The position numbers and the translations under genes are program-made. The notes under the pieces are model-generated. The model was not told the origin of the DNA. It was given only the letters and a program-made list of their open reading frames with translations, and made no database searches. From Eledone cirrhosa (lineage: Eukaryota), in NCBI GenBank assembly GCA_964016885.1, contig OZ024740.1:310434001-310498000 (forward strand): a stretch of 64,000 bases of DNA, read 5' to 3'. Shown in pieces: positions 40,038 through 54,803 of this stretch (the first letter of the stretch is position 1; every line of letters begins with the position of its first letter).

Positions 40038-42627
40038 CGTGTGTGTGTGTGTGTGTATGTGTGTGTGTGTGTTTGTGTGTGTGCGTGAGTGTATGTGTTT
40101 GTGTGTGTGTGCATTTATGTGTTAAAGTTTTTATGCATATTTGTAAGGATGGATTGATGAAGGGATGCATGCATTTTTGGATCTATATATTCATGCACTT
40201 CACACACATACATCTTTTACACCTTTCAAAAGTTTTGGGAAAATATGTACGTGTCATATATGAATTTCTATTCTGCTTTAAATGCTCTGACATTCATATC
40301 ACCTCATAATTATCCAACTGGTTTCTTTTTGCTTATTTTATTAGTGAGGAGATTTACAGATAGATACAAAACATATTTGGAGTTTATTCGGTCAATGTAC
40401 GTACATGAAACATGTTTGATGTCAGAAGTCCCTATGGAAATAGGCTGTGGCATGTTTAGCTAGGTTTATTACTGCTGATCTCTCGTTTAATTGTAATACT
40501 GAACATAGTTGATGCACGCTGAAGGAATTCAATTTGTCATTTTATCTGCAGGGAAAATATTAATTTTACAGGTAATAATTCGTGTATACATGCAAATAAT
40601 TGGATAGTATTATATATACTACATTATTAAATTTTCCTCCTCTGGGTGCAGTAAATATAAGGAAGCAATAATTTAAAAATCTAATATTCTACAACAATTC
40701 TTCGTTCTGAAATGTGTACACCCATATTTTGCTGATCGTTAAAAAACCGCTTTGTTTTAAAATACGTGTATTTATATTTCCAATTTGTTAATGTATTTTT
40801 ACTTTTTCCACTCAAAAATACCCTCCATGTTAAGTGATAATTTGTTCAGAAACTGGAATATCTAACGGACAAACATGTAAGAATTAAAACTAAATACTGA
40901 TTCAACATATTCAAAACATTAAAAAAAAAGATTGTTTTAAAAGGAAATAAGAACCTACCAGAAATAAACACCTACATATAGAATGTATCCTATATGACGA
41001 GCTGAAACCTTAGTATCAAATGTAGTTGGCAAAGATGGGACGGACACATAATGTCGATTGCCTGTAGTTTGTAGAATGTTGTTTGCAAAAATAAAAATCA
41101 TATTTAAATTATATAATCTACTTATACTTATAGAATATTTATATAAAGAGCTTAACATTTCTTTATATGTATAGAAAGAGAAAATTTCAATTACAATACT
41201 GTCGAGGCAGATGTTAACGACACAACGCAAATAATCAAAGTTTACACAGCAAAATATCTCATTCAACACTCTCGCACTGTCACCCTTGCTCTAGACAGGT
41301 ATTTTAATTATATGGAAAAATATCACCCCTATTAGGATGTATATGTATATTTTACATGTGATATTCACACAATTAACAATTACACTGCATACAGCAAATG
41401 GGATTGAATTTGGGTCGAGGAGAATTTTGTGCACTGTTATGTGTAATTCCTTGAGCAACTAGGTCTATGAAGAGTTAAGTTCATGCAATTTACTCTGCAT
41501 ACTCTGATTAGAAATCACCCCTCCCCCTGTTTTAAAAAGACATATAAGATATTATATAATAGATATATAAGATATTATATAAGATATTATATAATAGATA
41601 TATAAGATATTATATAATATATTATATAATAGATATATATTTGAAAAAGGAATGACGATGATGACACGTTAGAAATGCCTATGGTCATAGATCTGATCGA
41701 TCAGAGCACATCTCAGACTATAAATCACCAACAAAACTGTTAAATATTAACGGTTGAATGCAGAATTAATCGTCAAGTCTAGTTGCAGAACTAAGAATGT
41801 CCTGGAAACATGTGTTTAGAACGCATTACTTGACACGTTAATAATTTATTCTTTCAGATATTTCACAAACTAGATATGACTACTATCTACAGTGAAGGCA
41901 ACTTTTTCTACAGTGAAGGCAACTTTTTCTATTGGCTTTATCGTTGTGTCGCTTAACTGTAAATTATTTATAACATTAAATGTAACCAGCTAAGGAGTCA
42001 AATTATATATATGAAAGCAAATTCAAACAACCTTTTTAACAATATCCCGCCCTTTAGTTATACGGCCAAATGGAGTTTTACGCGGTTGGGTTTTCATATT
42101 TAGAGTTAAAAAAGTGGAAGACAACCGACGTAATAAGTGGAGAATTCTGAGCAGGTGAAGAATTTATCCAAAACATATTGAACAGATCTTTTATCTGCCC
42201 AAATAACAGATGAAAATTGTTTGTGTATGTTGAGACGCACATGGATTTTCACGGATAACATTCGGCTATAAAAATTATTGACACTTACATAGCAAGAACA
42301 TGATATCACTTAAATATATACTTAAAACTTCGAATCCTTACGACTACCACTACATTCGATTAGACATCCGAATATTCAGACTCCCTTGGCAATGAACACG
42401 ATGGTAGATATGCATATCCCACAACGCAAAGACGATGATAAAACGTATGGACACAAATACAAAAGTTCCAGAAATATAAACATAGCTACAATATGGCAAA
42501 CCTACGACACGCTATGCACCTTATGCAAGGGGCAATCACCGCACCATGCTTACACACACACACACAAACACATGCACATGCACACACCTACACACATACG
42601 CACACACACATGCACACACACACACAT

Positions 42628-42761
<134 letters not shown>

Positions 42762-42872
42762 ATATAATATATATATATATATATACCACGCTGACATGTT
42801 ATTCTTTAATTTCGAAAAGGCACATTAAGACGCATTTATATGTAAGTATTTCTGTTTGCGTCTATTTACTGA

Positions 42873-42921
<49 letters not shown>

Positions 42922-43265
42922 AGGAGGGTGTGGTAAGATACCAGGTGAACCATAACACACCAGAGTACTCAATACTTAGCGTGGTAGAGTGGGTAATATG
43001 AAAAGATTCAAGCCATTGGCTTAGTTCGGATCAAGCTGGCGAAACGAACGGAGTTCAACCATCAGGGCCCTGAAACTGTTCATATATATATAGTAATAAT
43101 AATCGATCCACATAATGACGTATTATCTTTGTTTTTTCCATTCATTGCCAGGGAACGTCTCCACGAACAACCTAACAGAATATTTGTCTACGATTTCATT
43201 TATACCATGTACCTGGTATTGTCTTTGCGTGTAATTGGTTTCACCGCTCCAAATAATGACGTTGT

Positions 43266-43330
<65 letters not shown>

Positions 43331-43576
43331 CACACGCTTAGAAATTACGTTCGCGAGAATGAGTACTAAATGCAATAATGTATTACTTTACTACTGTATT
43401 GCTATTTCTACCTAGCCATAAGACATTACAAATTTCTGCTCTCTGTATCTTCCATTTTGTAGATCATTTTATTGATATACTATATCTCCATCCTCTGAAA
43501 ACGTAGACTTTTCTGTCGACTGCTGACTCAAGTTTGGTATAAGAGCACACACACTTGAACAAACACATACGCATGG

Positions 43577-43660
43577 ATACATACATACATACATACATAC
43601 ATACATACATACATACATACATACATACATACATACATACATACATACATACATACATAC
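43577..43660. repeat. (CATA)n microsatellite; another lies at ~58179-58273
   Basis: Direct reading. Confidence 0.95.
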
Positions 43661-44454
43661 ACATATATATATATATGCACAACTGTGGGAAAACAAACTA
43701 ATGATTAATTTAACAACAGTATGGAGAGGATGCTGTTTTTATTGATGTTCATCAAAGTATGTCTGTCAGTGTATGATTTTATCATTTAAATAACGGCCAG
43801 AAATCTTAGCATTCAGAAGAAACATAATTACATATGAGGTTACATTCTTATCAGAGTATTGCAGACGGTAACTTATTATTAATGATTTTGCTTTCAAATG
43901 TCTGTATATGATTGATAAAATAGGCAAAGAATGTGAAAAATATCACAATAGGCCACTGTTTAACCATTGAAAAGTCACGACCGCATTTGATTTTCCTTTG
44001 CGTAGGACTCTCCACCATTCAACACAACACTAAAGAGCTTCGAAGAGAGATTGATGATGTTGCAGGATATAGCACAATTTTAAAGCACTGTTATAAAATG
44101 TAAATAGCAAGTATATTTATTCAGATTTTTAAAAATTACTTGTTAAATTTACTTAGTCTACGCCTCATTTAAATACTACAAACTTTGTCAGGCAAACTAC
44201 CTTGAAAAACAAAGTCTTTGTTATTCAATATACTTTTGTGTAAATAAGGTTTGTCAAGTATTGATTATAATCGGTCGGCTAGCTTTTTCGTCTTTAAGTG
44301 CATAACCCTTCGCTAATATCGATCTGAATGACATCAAATATATGCTTTGCGACGTTTAAAAATCGTTAATCTAAACTATAATAAAGGAAGGACTGCGGGA
44401 CTGCGTACGGTTTTATTTCCCGTTAGTAAAATAAGTTGGATTAGTTTGAATAAA

Positions 44455-44632
44455 TAATTGTTTCTACTTTAGGCACAAGGCCAGCAATTACCCAGTGCAA
44501 TACTAGTACTTTATTTTATCGACCCCGTAAGGATGAAAGGCAAAGTCAAACTCGGCGGGATTTGAACTCATATCGTAAGGGGACATAACTATGCTGGAAA
44601 GCATGGCGTCCGACCCTCTACCGATACTGCCA
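44455..44632 (-). mobile_element. tRNA-derived SINE copy
   Basis: Family match. Confidence 0.88.
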
Positions 44633-45154
44633 AAATAATGAATCAATATTACATAATTTATCTACTAAATTTCGTAAACAAAAATAATTTAGTAAAAATA
44701 AATAATTTAAAATTGGCTTCTTTTCAAAGTTGCACTTCCGTATATTGTTGCCACCACCACCACTTCAACTACCAAGCTATATGCATTTCATACTCTGATA
44801 TTGAATATAATATGCATTCAACATAGTATCACATTATAAGGGGTATGGAGGATATAAATATTTCAACGCATCATGATACTGGAAATGATTTGCAGTATCA
44901 TGATATTGCATTATTTAATTGTTTTAAGATATACAACTATATTCGGTAGTAATATTTGGTTGTCATAATGTCGCAGATAGAGGAAATATATATTTTGTAT
45001 ATATAGGTCATAGTATGTGTAGATGGTTTCACTTAAAACCTCAATTCATAAAATATTCAAATGTCACATTTCTATTTGGACCTTGTAAATATTGCAATAT
45101 TACACACGTACACACGCACGCACGCACACACACACACACACGCACACACACACG

Positions 45155-45231
<77 letters not shown>

Positions 45232-45824
45232 TGTTATACTTGGGGAGGGTCATATTTGTGTAATATTGCCAGAATTAGTAACAGAACACACTCACTGTGT
45301 GTACAGATACAATATAGACACAAACACATATATATAGTTTACATAATTTACATAAATCTTTCGTTGCACATCTGCAACATCGTCAGTCAATGGCAACATT
45401 GAGGACCGATTAAGTTAGATCGCAGATATAAAAGACAGCGAGAAGCGAAAACCAACCAAACAGTGAGTGTGTTCTGTTATTAATTCTGGCAATATTACAC
45501 AAATATGACCCTCCCCAAGTATAACAATATTTGTTTCGACACACGATTTCATATAAAAAACCTCGCTAAACTATATATATGTATGTATGTATATATACTT
45601 ATATATAGCGGAAACGTAAATTTAACATATATATGTTACAACCTGACATTTGGACTTTGTAAACCTTATAATAGTCGATGCCTCCATCAACATACAGCTG
45701 TCAAACCGAAACACAATTTTTCTGAAACGGAATGATTTTGATATCATCTTTTCCTGTTTTCTTTCGTTTAATTTCGACGCTAAAGAAAGCATATTTGTAC
45801 TCTATGTGCGTGCTTGTAAATGCG

Positions 45825-45866
<42 letters not shown>

Positions 45867-46420
45867 TGTTTCGAGGTGCGATTCGTGTGTGGATCTACCT
45901 GACTCTAGTCTCGCAGATTCCTCGGACACGTCTATTGCTTTCGGATCAACCGGCATACCGCCTATGGAAGCATCTTAGATACCATTAGACATATATATAT
46001 ATTATATATCACTGACGGGTCGATAAAATATCGTTCCGTAGGCATATATAAAATCTTAAGCAACTTAAAAATCAGGAGCCTGACAAAACACCTTGAATAA
46101 AAATAACCAGGATTAAATTACCTTGAATTATTTAATTCTTTTACTAACGTTTTTATCCATACAGTAAAAAAAATACATATTTTTGCTCTGTATTAATTTC
46201 TTCAGAATTTATTATACTACATAAATAACATAATTATTTATCAAATATATGGCCATACATCTCTTTTTTACGTTTTCGGAATAGAGATGTTTGGAGATGT
46301 GGTTGTAAATAATTATGTTTATTACGTTGTGTAATAGATTCTGAAGAAATCAATACAGAGGGAAAAAGGCGTATTTTCTTACTGTATTAATAGAAACGTT
46401 CGTAAATCTATTAAATATTA

Positions 46421-46598
46421 TAATTGTTTCAACTTTAGACACAAGGCCAGCAATTACCCAGTGCATTACTGGTACTTTATTTTATCGACCCCGTAAGGAT
46501 GAAAGGCAAAGTCAACCTCGGTGGGATTTGAACTCAGATCGTAAAGGGACATAACTATGCTGGAAAGCATGGCGTCCGACCCTCTACCGATACTGCCA
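46421..46598 (-). mobile_element. tRNA-derived SINE copy, chimeric junction copy
   Basis: Left part matches the 48485 copy; right part matches the 44455 copy. Confidence 0.88.
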
Positions 46599-47111
46599 AA
46601 ATAATGAATCAATATTACATAATTTATCTACTAAATTTCGTAAACAAAAATAATTTTCGTAAAAATAAATAATTTAAAATTGGCTTCTTTTCAAAGTTGC
46701 ACTTCCGTATATTGTTGCCACCACCACCACTTCAACTACCAAGCTATATGCAGTTCATACTCTGATATTGAATATAATATGCATTCAACATAGTATCACA
46801 TTATAAGGGGTATGGAGGATATAAATATTTCAACGCATCATGATACTGGAAATGATTTGCAGTATCATGATATTGCATTATTTAATTGTTTTAAGATATA
46901 CAACTATATTCGGTAGTAATATTTGGTTGTCATAATGTCGCAGATAGAGGAAATATATATTTTGTATATATAGGTCATAGTATGTGTAGATGGTTTCACT
47001 TAAAACCTCAATTCATAAAATATTCAAATGTCACATTTCTATTTGGACCTTGTAAATATTGCAATATTACACACGTACACACATGCACGCACGCACACAC
47101 ACACACACACG

Positions 47112-47174
<63 letters not shown>

Positions 47175-47176
47175 AT

Positions 47177-47562
47177 TGTTATACTTGGGGAGGGTCATAT
47201 TTGTGTAATATTGCCAGAATTAATAACAGAACACATTCACTGTTTGGTTGGTTTTCGCTTCTCGCTGTCTTTTATATCTGCGATCTAACTTAATCGGTCC
47301 TCAATGTTGCCATTGACTGACCGACGGTCAAAAATAATACAGATACAATATAGACACAAACACATATATATAGTTTACATAATCTACATAAATCTTTCGT
47401 TGCACATCTGCAACATCGTCAGTCAATGGCAACATTGAGGACCGATTAAGTTAGATCGCAGATATAAAAGACAGCGAGAAGCGAAAACCAACCAAACAGT
47501 GAGTGTGTTCTGTTATTAATTCTGGCAATATTACACAAATATGACCCTCCCCAAGTATAACA
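47177..47562. mobile_element. MITE-like element with ~145-bp inverted repeats (TGTTATACTTGGGGAGGG...); internally deleted twin at 45232-45526
   Basis: 47177-47321 is the reverse complement of 47418-47562; a related terminus occurs at ~61294. Confidence 0.75.
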
Positions 47563-47860
47563 ATATTTGTTTCGACACACGATTTCATATAAAAAACCTC
47601 GCTAAACTATATATATGTATGTATGTATATATATATATATATAGCGGAAACGTAAATTTAACATATATATGTTACAACCTGACATTTGGACTTTGTAAAC
47701 CTTATAATAGTCGATGCCTCCATCAACATACAGCTGTCAAACCGAAACACAATTTTTCTGAAACGGAATGATTTTGATATCATCTTTTCCTGTTTTCTTT
47801 CGTTTAATTTCGACGCTAAAGAAAGCATATGTGTACTCTATGTGCGTGCTTGTAAATGCG

Positions 47861-47930
<70 letters not shown>

Positions 47931-48484
47931 TGTTTCGAGGTGCGATTCGTGTGTGGATCTACCTGACTCTAGTCTCGCAGATTCCTCGGACACGTCTATT
48001 GCTTTCGGATCAACCGGCATACCGCCTATGGAAGCATCTTAGATACCATTAGACATATATATATATTATATATCACTGACGGGTCGATAAAATATCGTTC
48101 CGTAGGCATATATAAAATCTTAAGCAACTTAAAAATCAGGAGCCTGACAAAACACCTTGAATAAAAATAACCAGGATTAAATTACCTTGAATTATTTAAT
48201 TCTTTTACTAACGTTTTTATCCATACAGTAAAAAAAATACATATTTTTACTCTGTATTAATTTCTTCAGAATTTATTATACTACATAAATAACATAATTA
48301 TTTATCAAACATATGGCCATACATCTCTTTTTTACGTTTTCGGAATAGAGATGTTTGGAGATGTGGTTGTAAATAATTATGTTTATTACGTTGTGTAATA
48401 GATTCTGAAGAAATCAATACAGAGGGAAAAAGGCGTATTTTCTTACTGTATTAATAGAAACGTTCGTAAATCTATTAAATATTA

Positions 48485-48673
48485 TAATTGTTTCAACTTT
48501 AGACACAAGGCCAGCAATTACCCAGTGCATTACTGGTACTTTATTTTATCGACCCCGTAAGGATGAAAGGCAAAGTCAACTTCGGCGGGATTTGAACTCA
48601 GATCGTAAAGGGACGTACCTATGCTGGAAAGCATGGTGTCCGACCCTCTACCGATACTGCCAATCCACCGCCC
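48485..48673 (-). mobile_element. Full-length tRNA-derived SINE copy
   Basis: Includes head (CTGCCAATCCACCGCC on +); flanks ATATTATAAT and ATATTGTAAT. Confidence 0.88.
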
Positions 48674-50130
48674 TATATTGTAATGTAATTTAATCTTGGT
48701 TTCTTTTATTCGTTTTATATATGCTCTGTGATATTGTAAAACTACTATGATTGGAAATTTACCAATTGGATTAAATTCTGAACTGAACTGTCTTTTGCCT
48801 ATCTAACTGTGGACAATACAATCACATTTAAGCTTTGAATTATTATTTGCGTTTGTATGATTGCGGTGTACAAACCATCTGAAAAAGAGAGAGAGAGAAT
48901 ATACATCGTACTACTAATCTAATGTATGGTTTCCTAAGAGAGAAATGACCTTGTCAAAAAATATATTTTTCACAAGCATTTGAATGAAACCCATGGATAC
49001 CCGTTAATTTACATGGAGTTTGTTGCACGTCAGTGTTCAAAAGCTTGATGTATGCTATGTAGATGTGCCTGCAGGTTTTGTGTGTGTGTGTTTGTGTGAA
49101 CGTGTCTTTGTTTTTCTGAGCATGTGCATCCACCCATACATTCAGTGCCAGTCTATGTAGGCGTAGATGCGTGTATGTATACAGCTTGAGTTAATATTTT
49201 CCGTAGCATTATTTTATATCAAAATATAAATTGACCACTCGACAGTTATATATTTCATACCTCCTGGATTGGTATAAGAAGTGAAGTATTATGTTAACTT
49301 CTTCCAAGTTTCATTTCAAGTACCTATCATTTCAGCTACGGTATTATATCTTTCAATTTCACACATCCAGTCAGTATGCTCTAGTTTATACTTAACAGTC
49401 TAAATATTGTTTATATGTTTATACATGTTGGCTGCTCCTTCCTTATCGAGTATGGCCATTGCGCGATAAACCATTATTAATAATTATTAATTAATTCTAT
49501 CGTGTAATGCCTGTGCGTGAAGATATTTTTTTAAAGTGAGGAAATACTATGCACTGAGCCAACCCACTCTCTGAGCGACAGTAGCTATAACCCGAAAACA
49601 AGAAAAGATCAACATCATCGGTAACTACTGAGCAGTAGGTTTTATATCGGAGCTATCCCAGTTCATGAGCTGCCTTCTTCTAGAAGAATGCCCTGACAAA
49701 GGCTAGCGGTCCTTCACTCCCAGTGGTTTAACCGCGTGACCGTGTGTCCAGCCCGACTATTTCTATGTCCCAGCGCATATACATACACATGCACCCATGC
49801 ATATACACACATATGTACATTTATACATACATATACGTGTATATTTATACATACATACAAAGATACATACATGCATAGATATATATGTTTATGCGTAGAA
49901 CAATTAAAAAAACGGAGGTCTGGCATAGGTAGATAGTTATTTATATACACAAACACGTATGTGTAAATGAGTCTGTAACCCGGACGGATTTCCTACGAGG
50001 ATACCTCATGTGGTGATCACCTACCACAAAAACTACTGCTCACACTGCTGAATCTCCCTGCAACCATCCTTCCAAAGATACATTGAGATCCAGCAACGTT
50101 ATCAGCCCCACCACAACTAGATAGATTACG

Positions 50131-50273
<143 letters not shown>

Positions 50274-50379
50274 AATATATATACATATATGGTTTGAAAA
50301 ATGCAATGACTGACCTTTTGGTTATTTATAGAAGGCTTCTGTGCCAAGTACTTTTATGTTTATTTATATAGTTTTGTTT

Positions 50380-50422
50380 ACTTTTACCGGTTTCAGCTGT
50401 GTTTACAGCCTTTTCAATAGAT
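50380..50422 (-). ncRNA. Degenerate hammerhead motif with U3-A8-type core
   Basis: TTGAAAA-GGCTGT-AAAC-ACAGCT-GAAA-CCGG-TA; stems II and III good, stem I poor. Confidence 0.45.
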
Positions 50423-52125
50423 TTTTCGTTACAGTTTTTCGAAAAATATTTTCACTTATATTTAACACAAGGGACGCAACTGGATTTTATCTTAGTCGCA
50501 TATACTAATGAGAGTATGGTTCATTACATAGGATGTAATTCAAGTATTGTTTTAATATCTTTTTAAGTGTGTAAAAAGTTGAGTTTTGATTGAAATTTAC
50601 TTTTAAAAAAATCTTTCCTTGATATGTTTTTACTGAATGACATTTGGTTAATAACAAAGTTTCATATTGTTTGGAAAGATTATAGGATCCTCAAATTTAT
50701 GTAGTTTTGGAAATATCTGTTAAATTTCTAAGTTTCATAGTGTTCTGTCTTTCTGCTGCCCCATGTTTCCCCCTGTAGTTGGTGCAATAGTGATCCCTAT
50801 TCTGCTGCTACGTCACTATTCTCTACTATTTGTAAAACAGTTTTTCTTAATTAAAGATTCCCCCCATATATACATATAATCCCTATTCAGTTTTCCTTTA
50901 CTTTTCTCTTCATCCATAACCAATGTTAAACCTTTTACAATTCAGACCTTTCAACACATTGTTTTCGTTGATTTTTCACTGCAAGTGTGCTTTGACTGAT
51001 TATATGTATCATCAAACGATTTCTAGTAGTAACTATCCTTCTGGCATTTGAAGGACAGTTGGATGTTATTGTAAGCGTGGATAACTTCTTTGCTTGGCTC
51101 GTCATTTCCACGTTACTTTTACTTGTATAGTTAAACCTAAGTATCCCTCATATTGGTCTTGCCATTCTCAGAGAACCTTTAAATCGTGTGGGCCTTGTTA
51201 ACTGCATTTTTTAATTTGCTCTACATTCTAGCTCCTGAAATATTCAGGGGTGAAACCCAATTTTACATTATAGCCAAATAATTGCAAGCGTTCTGCAAAA
51301 TATTACCATAATTATTTACATACGCGTTATTGTCCTTTATATACTATATTGCGATTTACATGATTAATTGTTACTTCGGAAATTTTAATGAGAATACAGA
51401 ACAAATGCTTTGTAATATTAATAGTGGGCTATAAATGGATTACATTCTGTTTGCTGATGGATGAGTTTTGTGTTCTATTTTATCTATCCCGATATGAAAT
51501 TACAACGGCTTCAACCAGGGGACCATGAAACACTGTTGCAATTAGACATTGTTTCAGATACTGGGCTTTGCTTCGTACAAAGCCACTATTGTGTTTCTTT
51601 TTCTTTTATAATTCATAACATATATGATGTGTATAAAATAATAAACATAACTAAAATGTCATAGAAAATCAATTACGAGGCAAGGCATATATTTCAGTAG
51701 CGTGACGTGTCTTTATTAAAAGAGACTACAAGTAGTTGCCAATAATACTAGCATAGCTCCTGTAAATCTCTGCGAAGAGATTGAGGATCTGATGATAAAA
51801 TGCTGTTATGAAATATGCTGTTATCAAATATCTAAACATGGAGCCTGGCGTGCCTTGTATAACTTGTTTTTTTAAGTCTTATACATATGAATGTTTGGAT
51901 ACTGAAATGACCATGTATAGTCTATAGATTATTATTGGCTTACTTATAAAGTGATTCAAAGAGAGAGAGCTGGGTTTGAAAACATTTCTTCGACTAAGTA
52001 AATCAGAGGTTGATTCTGTTATGATAATCGTTTTAAAGTTAATATCACATGGTTAGAATTCGAAGACAACCTTGCTAACAAGGATGAATGTATACAGGTT
52101 AGTTATTATTATAAAGAAACAAAAT

Positions 52126-52312
52126 GGCGGTGAATTGGCAGTATCGGTAGAGGGTTGGATGCCATGCTTTCTAGCATAGTTACGTCCGTTTACGTTCTGA
52201 GTTCAAATCCCGCCGACGTTAACTTTGCCTTTCATCCTTACGGGGGTCGGTAAAATAAAGTACCAGTATTATACTGGGTAATTGCTGGCCTTGTGCCAAA
52301 AGTAGAAACAAC
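52126..52312 (+). mobile_element. Full-length tRNA-derived SINE with 16-bp target-site duplication
   Basis: TATAAAGAAACAA(A/T)AT at 52110-52125 and 52313-52328; A/B-box-like motifs. Confidence 0.9.
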
Positions 52313-53900
52313 TATAAAGAAACAATATATTTGAATAAACACCTGCGGACAACCACTGCATATTTTACATCAACATGCATAACGTTCTTGTTCAGGAATA
52401 AAGGTTGAAATGGATGGGAATGAATAACAACTGAATTCTAAACGCTTGCTAGTTTTCACTACACGATGGCATTACATTATATTTTCTAAACCATATTAGG
52501 CCAGCACGCCGGGATTCTTCTCAACCTTTTCATTGACCTTTCTGCTAAATGGACGTCATGTTTATTGAAAATCATATAGAGGGTTTACATGTGATATTGG
52601 GGAACAATACGGTAAAACGTAGTTATTGCAAAGATGTATCACCATTCAATTAAATTGATATGCATGGAGGGTAAGGGTGAGAATTCACGTAATGATACTC
52701 ATGCTGGACGTACAAAATCCATCTACAAATTGACTGGAACCATTGATTCAATCAAGCGATCCAATTCTAGCATATCACTTATCAACAGAATTCAGGTTAC
52801 ATCAAGAAACTATGCAAAATCAACTAATCTACAGAGAAAGAGAATATTACTAAACGGAGCGGTAAGTGCTGCTTCCATGTGAGAATGAGACAATGAAAGC
52901 AGAGTAACACTGTTCCTAAATACAACAGACCTCTCACGAAGTACCTATGTTCTTCCCAACCAAACGCTTGCTATCATCAGAGATGAGGGAAACAATAGAA
53001 TGTGGTATTTTGCATTTTACATTGATGATAATTAAGACCGAAATTAGAGTAGAACGTCTGATATATGCTGAGTCTGGAGATAAACCGAATAGGTTTGATG
53101 ATACCTAAAACCCTATTAAGCAGTACATAATATATTTAGCAGTTTCGTGAAACATACTTTTCTTGAAGAACTTTATATAATTTATATTTTGTTTTTATTA
53201 ATATCGCTGTGTTTTGCGAAATGTTAAGTTAAATTTGTGTCTTAACATACATTATGTGACATTTTGGGGGTTGTGGGGAGGGGGATCCTATCGTGTTTAT
53301 GAATTTATATATATATGAATGTGAAATAGTAGTAATAATCTCTAAAAATAATCTCTACAAAAGAGCGCTGCAGAAGAGTTTCTAGGGTACCAGCTAAACA
53401 ATTTGTCATTTCATCAAATTAAACCAGAAGAAATCTCACCCAAATTCTAAAGGAAATGATCGTATTGAACACCGTATGAACAACACTTCATAATATATCT
53501 GTCAGGAACTTAATAAAAGATGACGAAAGTTATTCTGATTGATAAGCAAAGTCAGGGTATTTAAAGTACAGAAGATACAAGATCGAACAATTTCCTACTA
53601 ATATAAACATGAACAAGTCATTTAAATCAATAAAAACTTTTCGAATAAGAAGTTTGGAAACCTTACTATTAACCACACTATACGCTGTAGCTTTGAAGAC
53701 ATATACTTACACTGTAAACAAAATTCGAGTCCCATATCACCATCCTTTAGAGATATTTCTTTTGATGTTACAAATTTCATATTCACACACATGCACACGC
53801 CATCTCGTCAGGGGCTTGGATTTCAAATACAGCGACTCGTTCTAATATAGTCACACACTATTATCCCACATATCGAGTATTCTGTGAAATAATGATCTAG

Positions 53901-53987
<87 letters not shown>

Positions 53988-54737
53988 CGGAGAAAGCTTT
54001 TTAGCGATACTCCTGCCAAATTCCAACTCACTCAACAAACATTAGGAAATAAGTGATTATATTCCCAATTATGCGTTCGGGGTGCTAACTAAAAGTATTG
54101 CGTGGAAAATTGGCTGTATTATTTCATATGAGACATATCTAATATATCTCTTCCCAGACGGACGTCTCGTTTCATTATAGGATTCCTACAATTTGGGTGA
54201 AATTATACCAATTTATGTAGGAGCTTGTATACCATCAATAGATATATATTCATCAGTATTTATTTTATTATACATATTTCAATAATACTAATATTGATAA
54301 TCTAACCAACATCAGCATTTAGCGATAATCATCATCCTCTGTGCCTGAGGTATCTGTCAGGTTGCCAGTCCAGCAGTTTTAAAGAAGTGCTCAAACTGAT
54401 TCAAAAAGTGAGGAAGTAAATTACCGCCAAAAAAACAATACATGCGCATGACAATGAATTCTGAAAGGAATTCAGGCCACGCGCTAAGAACTCAATTGGA
54501 AATTGAAAAAATATCTATGTGTGTACAACATTTGATGACACAGATATTTTCTCGGGCAAAATAACAGAATGAGATATAAGGAACAATCAATATTCATATA
54601 TAAAAAATAAACAAAGAAATGCTGACCTTATACCGGGAATTTTTTCGAATCTGTTGCTCCAAGAGTAAATAAATATATATATATATATATATATACAATA
54701 TATTAACAAATGGAAACTATATTTATAAAACCATATT

Positions 54738-54803
54738 TATTTTATTATACATATTTCAAGGGCCACCAAGGCAAATTATGGTGCGCTTTCATCAGATAAA
54801 ATA
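54738..54803 (-). ncRNA. Type I hammerhead ribozyme motif, same family as 25484
   Basis: TATTTTAT-CTGATGA-AAGcgCACCA...TGGTGgccCTT-GAAA-TATGTA-TA-ATAAAATA; shares downstream AAATATGGTTTTATAAATATAGTTTCCATTTG. Confidence 0.8.

Larger units (their letters stand above)
44454..48673. repeat. ~2-kb tandem duplication (two units) bounded by three same-orientation SINEs
   Basis: 44633-46419 matches 46599-48484 (duplicate ORFs 45015/46982 and 45505/47541). Confidence 0.92.

Noticed and set aside
43030-43082. CTGGCGA...CCTGAAAC in a repeat shared with ~31525-31595 and ~17400-17425
   Set aside because: The core is altered and the motif is truncated by a TA tract.
52634-52882. 82-aa ATG ORF as a host exon
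   Set aside because: No recognisable motif or splice support.
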